Below, piece after piece: positions 1 through 7,653 of a stretch of 46,234 nt of DNA. Both the position numbers and the translations under genes were made by a program. Numbering within the stretch: position 1 is the first letter of the stretch; every line of letters begins with the position of its first letter. Source of the DNA: a virus (taxonomy: Duplodnaviria > Caudoviricetes); the IMG/VR virus record IMGVR_UViG_3300043579_000052, positions 1 through 46,234 of that record. One strand, written 5' to 3'. The notes beneath the pieces are model-generated. The model had not been told where the DNA came from. It ran no database searches and was given only the letters and a program-made list of their open reading frames with translations.

Positions 1-57
1 GGAAGAGTTCGGCGACATCCCGCGGCGCTGGATTGACCGCCTCCATCGTGCGCTGAA

Positions 58-199
58 TATGAACAACGGATCATCGAAAGAATGAGGACCGGGCCGCGGT
101 TGGCTTGGTGATGAGGTGCTGGAGAGACTCTACATGGCGCCAGGGCGTTGCGCGGCACACCTGCGAAGGAACCGGCGTGAAGCTGGAAAATCCCTTGGG
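58..199. repeat. 142-bp direct repeat, copy 1 (partner 46093-46234)
   Basis: TATGAACAACGGATCATCG...AAATCCCTTGGG matches the last 142 bp of the window except C141 vs T46176. Bases 1-57 do not match the sequence upstream of copy 2. Confidence 0.95.
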
Positions 200-403
200 G
201 ATGATCCCGTGGCCGTTCGGTTGAAGCACGTCCGGGGTGATGTGCAGGCGCTTCGGCAACGCGACGATGCGGCGCTAGGACTGCTCCCACACGAGTGCAT
301 CGAACTGGCTAAGGGTGCCCAGGAGAACGAGCCACAACACCCCGATGCCCGGTCCTCTTCTTACGATGAACCAATACCTCAGAACAACGGGAGCAAGTCA
401 TGA
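116..403 (+). CDS. hypothetical protein
   Basis: GTG-start ORF. Stop overlaps the next ATG (ATGA). Ends NNGSKS, like the NNGSSKE tail of neighbouring genes. Start uncertain. Confidence 0.45.
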   Translation: MLERLYMAPGRCAAHLRRNRREAGKSLGDDPVAVRLKHVRGDVQALRQRDDAALGLLPHECIELAKGAQENEPQHPDARSSSYDEPIPQNNGSKS

Positions 404-642
404 GCTTCGACGCCAGAGAGCGCGCGATGAGAATGCTTGCCGAGCAGCCGCGGCGCGAGATTTACGAAGGCGCAGGCCCAGGAGGCAAGCAGGGCAGTGG
501 CCTCTATTACGTCACCTACAGCGAGGGTCGCTCGCCAACGCTCAATCGGTCTGACATCGACCGTCTACTCGCGGACGGGAAGATCACGGAAAAGTATCAA
601 GGTTGCTACGTGCTGCGCGAACCTCATGGCGGACGCACATGA
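400..642 (+). CDS. hypothetical protein
   Basis: 80 aa, ATGA-coupled at both ends, GGGAG upstream. Confidence 0.7.
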   Translation: MSFDARERAMRMLAEQPRREIYEGAGPGGKQGSGLYYVTYSEGRSPTLNRSDIDRLLADGKITEKYQGCYVLREPHGGRT

Positions 643-863
643 TCGACGAGAAGGGACGCTGCTGCGGGCGCAAGCCGCTCGTGTACAAGCGCCATCCAGC
701 GCATCGGTTTTGCGTCCGCTGCGACCGTGCGTATGACCTCGACGAGCCGGAACAAGTAGAAAATTGGGCGTGGAAGAAGGACGCGACCGGAACCTTTGTC
801 ACCACGCTCAGCGGTAAGTCGCGCCCGCGCGCCGCATCGAACCAAGTAAAGGAGAAACCGTGA
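639..863 (+). CDS. hypothetical Cys-rich (zinc-binding) protein
   Basis: MIDEKGRCCGRKPLVYK...FCVRCDR. ATGA overlap with the upstream gene. Confidence 0.7.
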   Translation: MIDEKGRCCGRKPLVYKRHPAHRFCVRCDRAYDLDEPEQVENWAWKKDATGTFVTTLSGKSRPRAASNQVKEKP

Positions 864-982
864 AAAGACAGGCTGGATATACGCTGACCGAGATCATCGT
901 TGCATTGATCGGCATCGGCGTTGCGATCCTGAGCGGCACTGCCGTGTACATCGCCCTCCACTTCATCGCGAAATTCTGGTGA
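860..982 (+). CDS. 40-aa type IV prepilin-like peptide (class III signal peptide + TM)
   Basis: Not in the ORF track. Hand translation: MKRQAG|YTLTEIIVALIGIGVAILSGTAVYIALHFIAKFW. RBS AAAGGAGA; GTGA overlap with the upstream gene. Confidence 0.8.
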   Translation: MKRQAGYTLTEIIVALIGIGVAILSGTAVYIALHFIAKFW

Positions 983-1010
983 CTAGCGCCAAACCTCTGG
1001 ACCGAGGCGC

Positions 1011-1622
1011 ATGAACCGGGAAAAGCCCATCGAAGCGTTCCCGCTGGCGTGGCCCGCAGCTCGGCCGCGCACGGAGCCTTACCGCCGTACGTGGAGCAAG
1101 TTCAAAACGAACTTCGGGAAGGCGCGCGACCGTTGCCTCGGGGAGATACGCACCCTCGGAGGCAGGCAGGCCATCATCTCCACGAACCTGCCCCTGCGCC
1201 TGGATGGCATCCCATACGCCGCGCAGAAGCAGCCGCAGGACTCCGGCGTGGCGGTGTACTTCACGTACAAGAAGCGGCAAATGTGCTTCGCCTGCGACCG
1301 CTGGGCGAAGGTGGAGGACAACATGCACGCCATCAGCCTGACCATAGGAGCGCTCAGGGGCGTCGCTCGCTGGGGGACCGGGGACATGATGGAGGCCGCG
1401 TTTACGGGCTTCTCAGCGCTCCCTGCGCCCGGCGATGTCACTCCGCGAGGCTGGATGCAAGTGCTGGAGATCGGCCACGACTCTACGCTTGAGAAAGCGC
1501 AGGAAAACTACCGCAGGCTTTCGATGGTGCGCCACCCTGACCGCGGCGGCACCGAGGACGCGATGAGCGAACTTAATTGGGCGTGGGCCCAAGCGCAGGA
1601 GGCTCTATCCGCTCGACCCTGA
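1011..1622 (+). CDS. phage J-domain (DnaJ-like) protein
   Basis: C-terminal YRRLSMVRHPDRGG..AMSELNWA (HPD motif). N-terminal AFPLAWP...ISTNLPLRLDG...FACDRW is typical of phage DnaJ-domain proteins. Confidence 0.85.
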   Translation: MNREKPIEAFPLAWPAARPRTEPYRRTWSKFKTNFGKARDRCLGEIRTLGGRQAIISTNLPLRLDGIPYAAQKQPQDSGVAVYFTYKKRQMCFACDRWAKVEDNMHAISLTIGALRGVARWGTGDMMEAAFTGFSALPAPGDVTPRGWMQVLEIGHDSTLEKAQENYRRLSMVRHPDRGGTEDAMSELNWAWAQAQEALSARP

Positions 1623-1786
1623 ACACGGCGAAGCAACGAGTTTTGAAGCGCTGGCCAAAAGCCGTTGTATGGCAAACGCCAGTTCGCAAGAAATGGATCG
1701 TGAGCCGGAACGGGTGGACTGGCAAAGACATCGGACAAGGATGGTCCGCAACGGCTGCATGGGCCGATGCCGCGAGAAATCTATGA
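1577..1786 (+). CDS. small basic hypothetical protein (true start probably near 1619)
   Basis: TAKQRVLKRWPKA...GQGWSATAAWADAARNL fills the gap in the operon. Confidence 0.5.
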   Translation: MGVGPSAGGSIRSTLNTAKQRVLKRWPKAVVWQTPVRKKWIVSRNGWTGKDIGQGWSATAAWADAARNL

Positions 1787-1815
1787 GCGCCTCGGTCGGA
1801 CAGTTGGGAGCGTAA

Positions 1816-1980
1816 ATGGGTCCACTCGAAACTATCGGGTTTATCTCGTTCTTGCTGGCGGCGTCCTTTCTCATCGGCTTCGGCATGATGGTAGGAGTGT
1901 GGGCTGGAATCAAGTTCGGCTCTTACCTCTTGGGCCCACTCAACGTTAACTTGGGGCCAATCGTGGTGAAAGGCCCTTAA
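1816..1980 (+). CDS. small membrane protein (54 aa)
   Basis: Hand translation: MGPLETIGFISFLLAASFLIGFGMMVGVWAGIKFGSYLLGPLNVNLGPIVVKGP. GGGAG RBS. Confidence 0.65.
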   Translation: MGPLETIGFISFLLAASFLIGFGMMVGVWAGIKFGSYLLGPLNVNLGPIVVKGP

Positions 1981-2082
1981 TGGTCACCACCTCAAAGTCG
2001 GCCGCATGATAGAAGCCCTCACCTTCATCGCCTTCGTCCTCGCGCTCATCTTCGCGAGCCAGGGGGAGCCGATGTGAGCGCA

Positions 2083-2340
2083 TCAAGGCTTCAGGTACCC
2101 CTTGGCCGCGGCCCAAGCAGCAACCGCAACGAATACAGCCCCAGCAGCCCAAAGCAGCTTCTTGACGACCGAGCGCCCGATGTCCTCATAGATTGAGGCG
2201 AGGATCTGCTGCTTGATTTCCTCGCATTGCTCTGCGGATAGTCTGGGCTGTCGCCGTTCTTCTTCAGTGGCGGCGTCTGGGTGTTGCTTGTAGGCAAAGC
2301 GTCTCCTTTCCGGCCCGTCGTACGGATGCTTGGGGCTCAT
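2083..2340 (-). CDS. membrane protein with C-terminal TM (lysis-region, holin-associated type)
   Basis: MSPKHPYDGPERRR...IYEDIGRSVVKKLLWAAGAVFVAVAAWAAAKG. Confidence 0.65.
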   Translation of the reverse strand: MSPKHPYDGPERRRFAYKQHPDAATEEERRQPRLSAEQCEEIKQQILASIYEDIGRSVVKKLLWAAGAVFVAVAAWAAAKGYLKP

Positions 2341-2495
2341 CGGTGTTGCCGAAAGTAGCGTCTCGCAATACGTGCGGGCATGGTCGGCTCTCCTTGTGGA
2401 ACTGTGTGCACCGGGAGAGCGTGGCGGTGCTAGTGTTCGCCTCCGTACCAATGTGGGGGCGTTGCTCGAGAAGCATCGGGGCCGTGGTGGCTCTC
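2332..2495 (+). ncRNA. candidate structured RNA
   Basis: Run of short hairpins (2345-2359, 2364-2376, 2388-2419, 2423-2441, 2463-2475) closed by 2332-2344/2481-2495. Folded by eye only. Confidence 0.25.
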
Positions 2496-2516
2496 ATCAT
2501 CACGGTGCCCCCTCCT

Positions 2517-2723
2517 TTATCTTCCCTCGCCCTTCGCCTTAGCGATGGCGGCTTCCAGTGCTGCGTCGGAGTCCATCAGAGACTCGCGGAAGGTGTCGAT
2601 CTCTTCGGCGCTGATGTCGCGGCCCTCGGCCTGCGCCTTCAGCATCACCTGCGAGAACTCCAGGCTCTTCGTGAGCATGATCGAGAGGATTGCGAGACCG
2701 TCTGTGCTGGTTACCTTTGGCAT
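2517..2723 (-). CDS. hypothetical protein
   Basis: 68 aa, helical, directly follows the lipoprotein gene. Confidence 0.7.
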   Translation of the reverse strand: MPKVTSTDGLAILSIMLTKSLEFSQVMLKAQAEGRDISAEEIDTFRESLMDSDAALEAAIAKAKGEGR

Positions 2724-2724
2724 G

Positions 2725-3057
2725 TCATCTTCCCTTGGAGGCGAGGTAGGCGTTCAAAGCGTTGAGGATGGCGATCTGCGCGGCGATCTTCGCGTCGGCG
2801 CCCTTTGGGTCCACCTTCGTCATGGTGCGGGCGATGTCGAGCCCTGAGCGCGCGCTGCGGGTCGAGTCCAGGACGTGCTGGGCGTCGTCCGAGCTGATCT
2901 TCTTCGCGTTCAGGAGCGCGGTGGCGCTCTGGTTAATCGCTGCGGCGGTCGCATAGCCTGCGGCAACCTTCTGGTCTGGCGTCTGAGGCGTCTCGAGGCC
3001 GAGTTGCGCGCAGGAAGAGACGAAATACAGCAGGAATAGTGCGGCGTACTTTCTCAT
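2725..3057 (-). CDS. lipoprotein (possible spanin-like lysis component)
   Basis: MRKYAALFLLYFVSSC lipobox, AAGGAG RBS, helical body. Confidence 0.7.
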   Translation of the reverse strand: MRKYAALFLLYFVSSCAQLGLETPQTPDQKVAAGYATAAAINQSATALLNAKKISSDDAQHVLDSTRSARSGLDIARTMTKVDPKGADAKIAAQIAILNALNAYLASKGR

Positions 3058-3293
3058 TGTGGTGCTCCTTTGGTTGACGGCTCCAAGCCGTACTTTTCCC
3101 GCATGTACTTCTCCAGTTTTTGCTCCCACTCCACTTTCTCTGGGGCAGGGCAGTCAGGCTGCTTCATCATCTCGTCGTACAGGCGAGCCTTGCGCAGCAG
3201 TTCTTGATAGTTCGGATACTCGGATGGCGGGAATTGCTGCACCTGTGGGAATAGCCCTTGGTAATGACCGCTGATCATGCTGACTGCGCACAT
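3054..3293 (-). CDS. hypothetical protein
   Basis: AGGAG RBS; MCAVSMISGHY...KARLYDEMMKQPDC..EK. Confidence 0.7.
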   Translation of the reverse strand: MCAVSMISGHYQGLFPQVQQFPPSEYPNYQELLRKARLYDEMMKQPDCPAPEKVEWEQKLEKYMREKYGLEPSTKGAPQ

Positions 3294-3343
3294 CTATTTT
3301 CTCCTGCGGTTAGTGAGGTCCATAAACCACGTCGTACCACGGG

Positions 3344-4186
3344 TCATGCAGTTCCTTCCAGCGGCATCATGGCAACTGATGCTGCGGTCTTGCCGACCTT
3401 AACGCGCGCGTGGATAACGGACACTGGTTTCCCCTTGGCCGGCGAGTGGTAGTTCGCTAGCTTCATGTACGCTCCGATCCCGGCGTAAAGATTGGCACCC
3501 TTGCGGTTGACAACGAGCTTGCCGATAGGCTCGCTCCTCTTGCGCAGCCACAATTTCGTTACGCCATCCGCGTTGCTGCTCCACTCGAAATACCACGTGA
3601 AGTCATAGCGAACATTCTTCTGAGGACTCTGGTCGATCACCTGCGAAAAGTGGCCGGGGTCGTTAGAGTGCTGCACCACCACGGCACCGCCGTTGATGTC
3701 CACGGTCATGATGCTCGAGTTCTGTTTGAACCCGACCTGCATGTTCGTCTGCCCGGTATTGCCTGCATGGTGGAAGTCAAAGAAAACGTGCCAGTCCTGG
3801 ATCGGGAGCGGGAAGTTCTCCCCGAGGATGACCGAGTGGGCGAGCCAGAATTTATCCCCCTGTTTGACGCTGAGCACGCGGCCGCAGTTCAGGTCTGCGC
3901 GCTCACCCGAGCCGCTGCCGGATTGGGCGATGTCTGTGCCGGATGTCGTGAGCTGCACACCTCTGCAGCCCGGGATGCCGACGAGTTGCGCGCGGCTCGG
4001 GTCCTTCGCCTGCAATTGCAGCTTTCCGTCCTCCGTGACGGATGTCTCGAACGAGAGCGCGATGTCTGGGGCCGCAGGCGCTACCACCTGACGCAACCGC
4101 GCGATTTCCTTCTCGTTGGCTGCGGCCTGACGCTCGAGCAGGTCTGCTGCGTCCGCCGCTTTCGTGAGGTCGTCGCGTAGGGTCAT
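3344..4186 (-). CDS. polysaccharide lyase-like (jelly-roll) protein with N-terminal coiled coil
   Basis: ERADL, WHVFFDFHH, YDF.W.FEWS...G...LW and YMKLANYH resemble the Polysacc_lyase/heparin-lyase-like family. Start at the ATGA overlap (4186). Confidence 0.65.
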   Translation of the reverse strand: MTLRDDLTKAADAADLLERQAAANEKEIARLRQVVAPAAPDIALSFETSVTEDGKLQLQAKDPSRAQLVGIPGCRGVQLTTSGTDIAQSGSGSGERADLNCGRVLSVKQGDKFWLAHSVILGENFPLPIQDWHVFFDFHHAGNTGQTNMQVGFKQNSSIMTVDINGGAVVVQHSNDPGHFSQVIDQSPQKNVRYDFTWYFEWSSNADGVTKLWLRKRSEPIGKLVVNRKGANLYAGIGAYMKLANYHSPAKGKPVSVIHARVKVGKTAASVAMMPLEGTA

Positions 4187-4512
4187 GCGTACCCCCATGC
4201 TTGCCGCTTCTCCTTCAGAGACCGCCAGCGCGCGATCTTTACCCGAGGCAGCGGCGCTATGACGACGCGCCCTTGCGTTCGCTGCGCCCTGCACTTCGGG
4301 TGCCGTGGCGGACGCGCCCACGAATGAATCCTGCCCATCTGGATCACAGAGTCTCTTTCGCACTTCGGAAGCTCTGGTGCCGGCACGCTGTAAATATTCG
4401 TGATGGTCCATGTCGAGCTGCACCAGCAATCGGCCGCGACTGTTGCGGTTGAGGTCGTGTAGGTCGTGGACGTGATCGTCCATGTGGCGGTCGAGCAGCG
4501 TCTGCATGTCAT
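4183..4512 (-). CDS. hypothetical protein, Thr/Cys-rich N-terminus
   Basis: Coupled by overlaps at both ends. Confidence 0.5.
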   Translation of the reverse strand: MTCRRCSTATWTITSTTYTTSTATVAADCWCSSTWTITNIYSVPAPELPKCERDSVIQMGRIHSWARPPRHPKCRAQRTQGRVVIAPLPRVKIARWRSLKEKRQAWGYA

Positions 4513-4826
4513 AGGTGTGCGTCCTTTGCTTTATCGTCCAGCGGGCCGGCCGGGAGGATGGGCTTGGTATTTGGGTTCACTTCCACCCGACCGGCGATGA
4601 TCTGCGCCTCGACGCTCGTGGCCTTCTTCGCATTGCGTGCCTTCACGGTCGCGTAGATCGCCAATCCAAGACCGAGGAGCGAGGTCAACAGCGGCACGAC
4701 AAGATCCGTCAGGCTGCCAGCGATGATTGCGCCCTTAGCACTGAGAGCGCCCACCGCCACCAAGAGCGCCGCGGTGTACTTGTACGTGTCCCGGATGTAC
4801 ATGCTGATTTCAGGTGTGAGGGTCAT
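4509..4826 (-). CDS. putative holin
   Basis: Two hydrophobic segments, basic C-terminal tail, lysis region, GAGGAG RBS. Confidence 0.6.
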   Translation of the reverse strand: MTLTPEISMYIRDTYKYTAALLVAVGALSAKGAIIAGSLTDLVVPLLTSLLGLGLAIYATVKARNAKKATSVEAQIIAGRVEVNPNTKPILPAGPLDDKAKDAHL

Positions 4827-4898
4827 GCGGCTCCTCTGGCGATGAGAACGGAGCGCAACGCGCTGCTAAGTTCAGGGGTCAATGTGTGTTCCTTTCAT

Positions 4899-5561
4899 TC
4901 AAAAGAACTTGGCAACGATCGCGCCGATTACACCAGCGACGGCAGCCGCTATGGCGATCATGTTGGCGTTGGAACCCTGCTGCACAACAACGTGATCCTT
5001 TTTCTCTTGGATTACGCCCTGCCCAGTGGAAAACCGTTCCTTCAGGTCGTTGATCTTGTCGTCCAGTCCTTTGACGGCAGAAGTAATGAACGTGCTGATC
5101 TGGTCGATCTGCTTGGTAAACGATGCCTCGCTCTTGGACTGCGCCACGGCGTTGGACTTGTTCTGTTCGGTGACGGCTTCTTTAGCGGCCTGAAGGGCGG
5201 CATCAACCGCAACCTTGTTATCCTTCGACTCGCGCTCGCTGCGCACATCACGCTCACGAAACTGGGTCTGCACGCTCTCGAATTTTTCCTCATGAAAGCG
5301 CTCAAGGTTTCTCACCTTGCTATCAATCTGGAGCGGCAGCTTGTCGGCGATGTCTTGCAGGAGCGTTATCGCCTTGTCCATGCCGTTCAGACGAGCCTCG
5401 AAGACCGCTTTCTGCCCATCCATGCGCGCTTCCTGCCCATCTATGCGCGCTTCGAGAATTTCACGCAGGGCCGCAATAGCTTGGGCGAGCGCGGCCGTCG
5501 TGAGGACGGTCGGGTCTGGGACCGGAGTACTGCCGGCTCCGGTGTGAAGACCTTCAGCCAC
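4899..5561 (-). CDS. coiled-coil protein with C-terminal TM helix
   Basis: Heptad-rich body ending MIAIAAAVAGVIGAIVAKFF. Confidence 0.75.
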   Translation of the reverse strand: MAEGLHTGAGSTPVPDPTVLTTAALAQAIAALREILEARIDGQEARMDGQKAVFEARLNGMDKAITLLQDIADKLPLQIDSKVRNLERFHEEKFESVQTQFRERDVRSERESKDNKVAVDAALQAAKEAVTEQNKSNAVAQSKSEASFTKQIDQISTFITSAVKGLDDKINDLKERFSTGQGVIQEKKDHVVVQQGSNANMIAIAAAVAGVIGAIVAKFF

Positions 5562-5564
5562 TGG

Positions 5565-5711
5565 CTAGAACTTGCCCCAGATCGGCGCCAAGGTCGCGAA
5601 GAAGAGCCCCAGCGGGATGAGCCTCCCAGGAAGTTTATCCGCCGCGTAGGGCGGGAAAAGAGCGCAGATCAGGAACAGAATGCAGGCGACTATCGTGAGT
5701 GCGAGTGGCAT
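5565..5711 (-). CDS. small two-TM membrane protein (48 aa)
   Basis: Hand translation: MPLALTIVACILFLICALFPPYAADKLPGRLIPLGLFFATLAPIWGKF. AGGAGA RBS. Confidence 0.65.
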   Translation of the reverse strand: MPLALTIVACILFLICALFPPYAADKLPGRLIPLGLFFATLAPIWGKF

Positions 5712-5731
5712 GGTGTTTCTCCTATGAAAAC

Positions 5732-5740
5732 TGCTAGACT
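5732..5740 (+). promoter_or_regulatory. extended -10 promoter (TGcTAGACT), probably leaderless transcript
   Basis: 6 nt upstream of ATG 5747; no SD present. Confidence 0.4.
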
Positions 5741-5746
5741 TCTTCG

Positions 5747-6238
5747 ATGCCTTTCATTGACAAAGAAGCACGCGCTCGCTACCGCGCTGAGTACTATCGC
5801 AAGAACCGCGAGAGCATCCTGAAGTACGCGAAGGAGTACAGAGAGGCCCACCCTGAAGAAGTGGCTGCGACAAAGAAGCGCATCTACCACGAGCGCTATA
5901 AAACCGATCCGGCCTACAAAGAAAGGGCCGCGGAGTATCAACGCCAGCGCTTTGCCGCTAACCCTGAGCGTGTGAAGGCCATAGAGAAGCGGTGTTACGA
6001 GGCACACAAAGAGGCTCGCATCGCATACAACAAGGCGCGCTCCAAGACTCCGGAGCGACTCGCGCGCGATGCTGTTAACCGTGCTGTGCGCGTTGGAAAA
6101 CTGCCTCGCGCCTCCGCCTATGCGTGTGCATGCGGCAAAGCGGCTCGCGAATATCACCACCACAACGGCTACGCTCGCGACCACTGGCTCGACGTAGTAG
6201 CCGTATGCGCCAAGTGCCATAAAGAGCATCACGCCTGA
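5747..6238 (+). CDS. HNH-type endonuclease, antisense to the late operon
   Basis: Basic Y/R/K helical repeats then AVNRAVRVGKL...CACG...EYHHHNGY..WLDVVAVCAKCHKEHH. Confidence 0.75.
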   Translation: MPFIDKEARARYRAEYYRKNRESILKYAKEYREAHPEEVAATKKRIYHERYKTDPAYKERAAEYQRQRFAANPERVKAIEKRCYEAHKEARIAYNKARSKTPERLARDAVNRAVRVGKLPRASAYACACGKAAREYHHHNGYARDHWLDVVAVCAKCHKEHHA

Positions 6239-6546
6239 ATCTTCGTAGGTGGGTCGAACTGGACGTGAAGGTGGTCAACCTCAATGAGGACATCGTAATT
6301 AATCCCCAGCTTCGCCCGCACATCCGCGGCCATCTTCACGAGCGAGTCCGGCTTGACGTGCCACGTCCGGAAGTCGAGCGCGAGCCCCTTATAGTGGAGC
6401 GAGGTGTCCATGTGCTTCCCGTCGTTCGCGCTCGTGATGACGCACTCGAAGAAGCCATAGGTCTGCCACACGCACTCGACCACGAGCGCAGCCTCGAACA
6501 TCTGCCACTGCACGCCCTTCAGGCTTGCGCCTGGTTTCAGTTCCAT
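6229..6546 (-). CDS. peptidase M15-family endolysin
   Basis: ITSANDGKH...SLHYKGLALDFR...DHLHVQ (SxHxxGxAxD and HxH zinc ligands). Confidence 0.85.
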   Translation of the reverse strand: MELKPGASLKGVQWQMFEAALVVECVWQTYGFFECVITSANDGKHMDTSLHYKGLALDFRTWHVKPDSLVKMAADVRAKLGINYDVLIEVDHLHVQFDPPTKIQA

Positions 6547-6561
6547 TTAGCCTGCACCCCC

Positions 6562-6693
6562 ATGAGGAGCGCGCTCATCGTGATGGCTGGCCTGATCGCC
6601 TTACCGTTCGTCGCGGTAATTGCGCTGGTGGTGTTCGTAGTGCTTGCGCTCACTATGCTTGCTGAGTTGGCGGTGGAGCGCATCAGGTCTTGA
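6562..6693 (+). CDS. small single-TM peptide, antisense to the late operon
   Basis: MRSALIVMAGLIALPFVAVIALVVFVVLALTMLAELAVERIRS. TAGCCT -10-like box 8 nt upstream. Confidence 0.4.
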   Translation: MRSALIVMAGLIALPFVAVIALVVFVVLALTMLAELAVERIRS

Positions 6694-7615
6694 TGAGGTA
6701 GTTCAGGATGATCGTCGGCTGCACGTTGTTGTGAGCCCCGCCCCCGCCTTCGAATTGAACGCTGATAGTGTTGTTTGAGCTTTCGCCTGTTGCCGAGCTG
6801 CCATACACAGCGCCGCCCGTTCCGGCAGTCTGGTAGAAATTATCCGTAGAGCTTCCGGGGTGGTTGTGCGACGGCATCTCGGCGATGCTGTTGACGTGCG
6901 TTTCCTCTCCTCCGGCACCTCCGAGAACGTCGCCATTCACACTGCCGGTGACACCGGTCAGGCGGTTCGCGCTGGAGCCACCCATATCGTCCTGGCCTGC
7001 GATCACCCGCCCGCGACAGTCGGGCACGTTGAACGTACTCACGCCATCGCCTACGCCGTAGGTAGTGGATAGGACCGCGAAGAGCCGCGCGAACGTTGTG
7101 CGGCTGATTGCCTGGCCGAAGCAGAAAATCCAGCCCGGAGGCTCTGTCAGGCCGGCGTATGAAATGACGGTGCCGACAGGGGCGTATCCGGTAGTAGCGA
7201 GTTGGTAGTGGATGCAGCGCCAGTTACCGGAGCCCTCAGATGTAAAGATGGCGATGTCGCCGTCCGCCGTGAGGATGTTGCCCGCGCCAGGCAGAATGAG
7301 CGAGGTCGCGTTGTGCGTGAGGGTGAGCGCGCCCTCGAACTTGAGCACCTTCCAGATGCCGACCCGCACCGTTCCGAAGCCGGTAATCGTGGCGGTGCCG
7401 GTGATGTCGTGGAAGAGACCCTCCACCGCGCCTAGGTCGGTGGTGGTGGCCGATGCGATGTCGGCGCCCTTGTGGGAGAGCCCGCGGACGACGACGCCCT
7501 GCAGCTCCCGAATATTGTCGTCCAGATTGGACGAGACCGAGGTCGTACCGGAGGGCTGGTTACTGCCGCTGGTCGAAACCCAGGAAGCTAGGGTAGCGGC
7601 GATGTCTGCGGGCAT
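6683..7615 (-). CDS. tail fibre with phage tail collar domain
   Basis: PVGTVISYAG...PPGWIFCFGQAISRTTFARLF...FNVPDCRGRV and C-terminal HNNVQPTIILNYLIK. Confidence 0.88.
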   Translation of the reverse strand: MPADIAATLASWVSTSGSNQPSGTTSVSSNLDDNIRELQGVVVRGLSHKGADIASATTTDLGAVEGLFHDITGTATITGFGTVRVGIWKVLKFEGALTLTHNATSLILPGAGNILTADGDIAIFTSEGSGNWRCIHYQLATTGYAPVGTVISYAGLTEPPGWIFCFGQAISRTTFARLFAVLSTTYGVGDGVSTFNVPDCRGRVIAGQDDMGGSSANRLTGVTGSVNGDVLGGAGGEETHVNSIAEMPSHNHPGSSTDNFYQTAGTGGAVYGSSATGESSNNTISVQFEGGGGAHNNVQPTIILNYLIKT

Positions 7616-7653
7616 GTTCTTTTCCTTGTGGTACCCTTGCGCCGGGAGGTTCT

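Noticed and set aside
58-199. Clean direct terminal repeat proving completeness
   Set aside because: Offset by 57 unmatched bases and contains a mismatch, so completeness is likely but unproven.
4515-5822. 435-aa + strand ORF
   Set aside because: Antisense shadow of coupled minus-strand genes that have good RBSs; no motifs.
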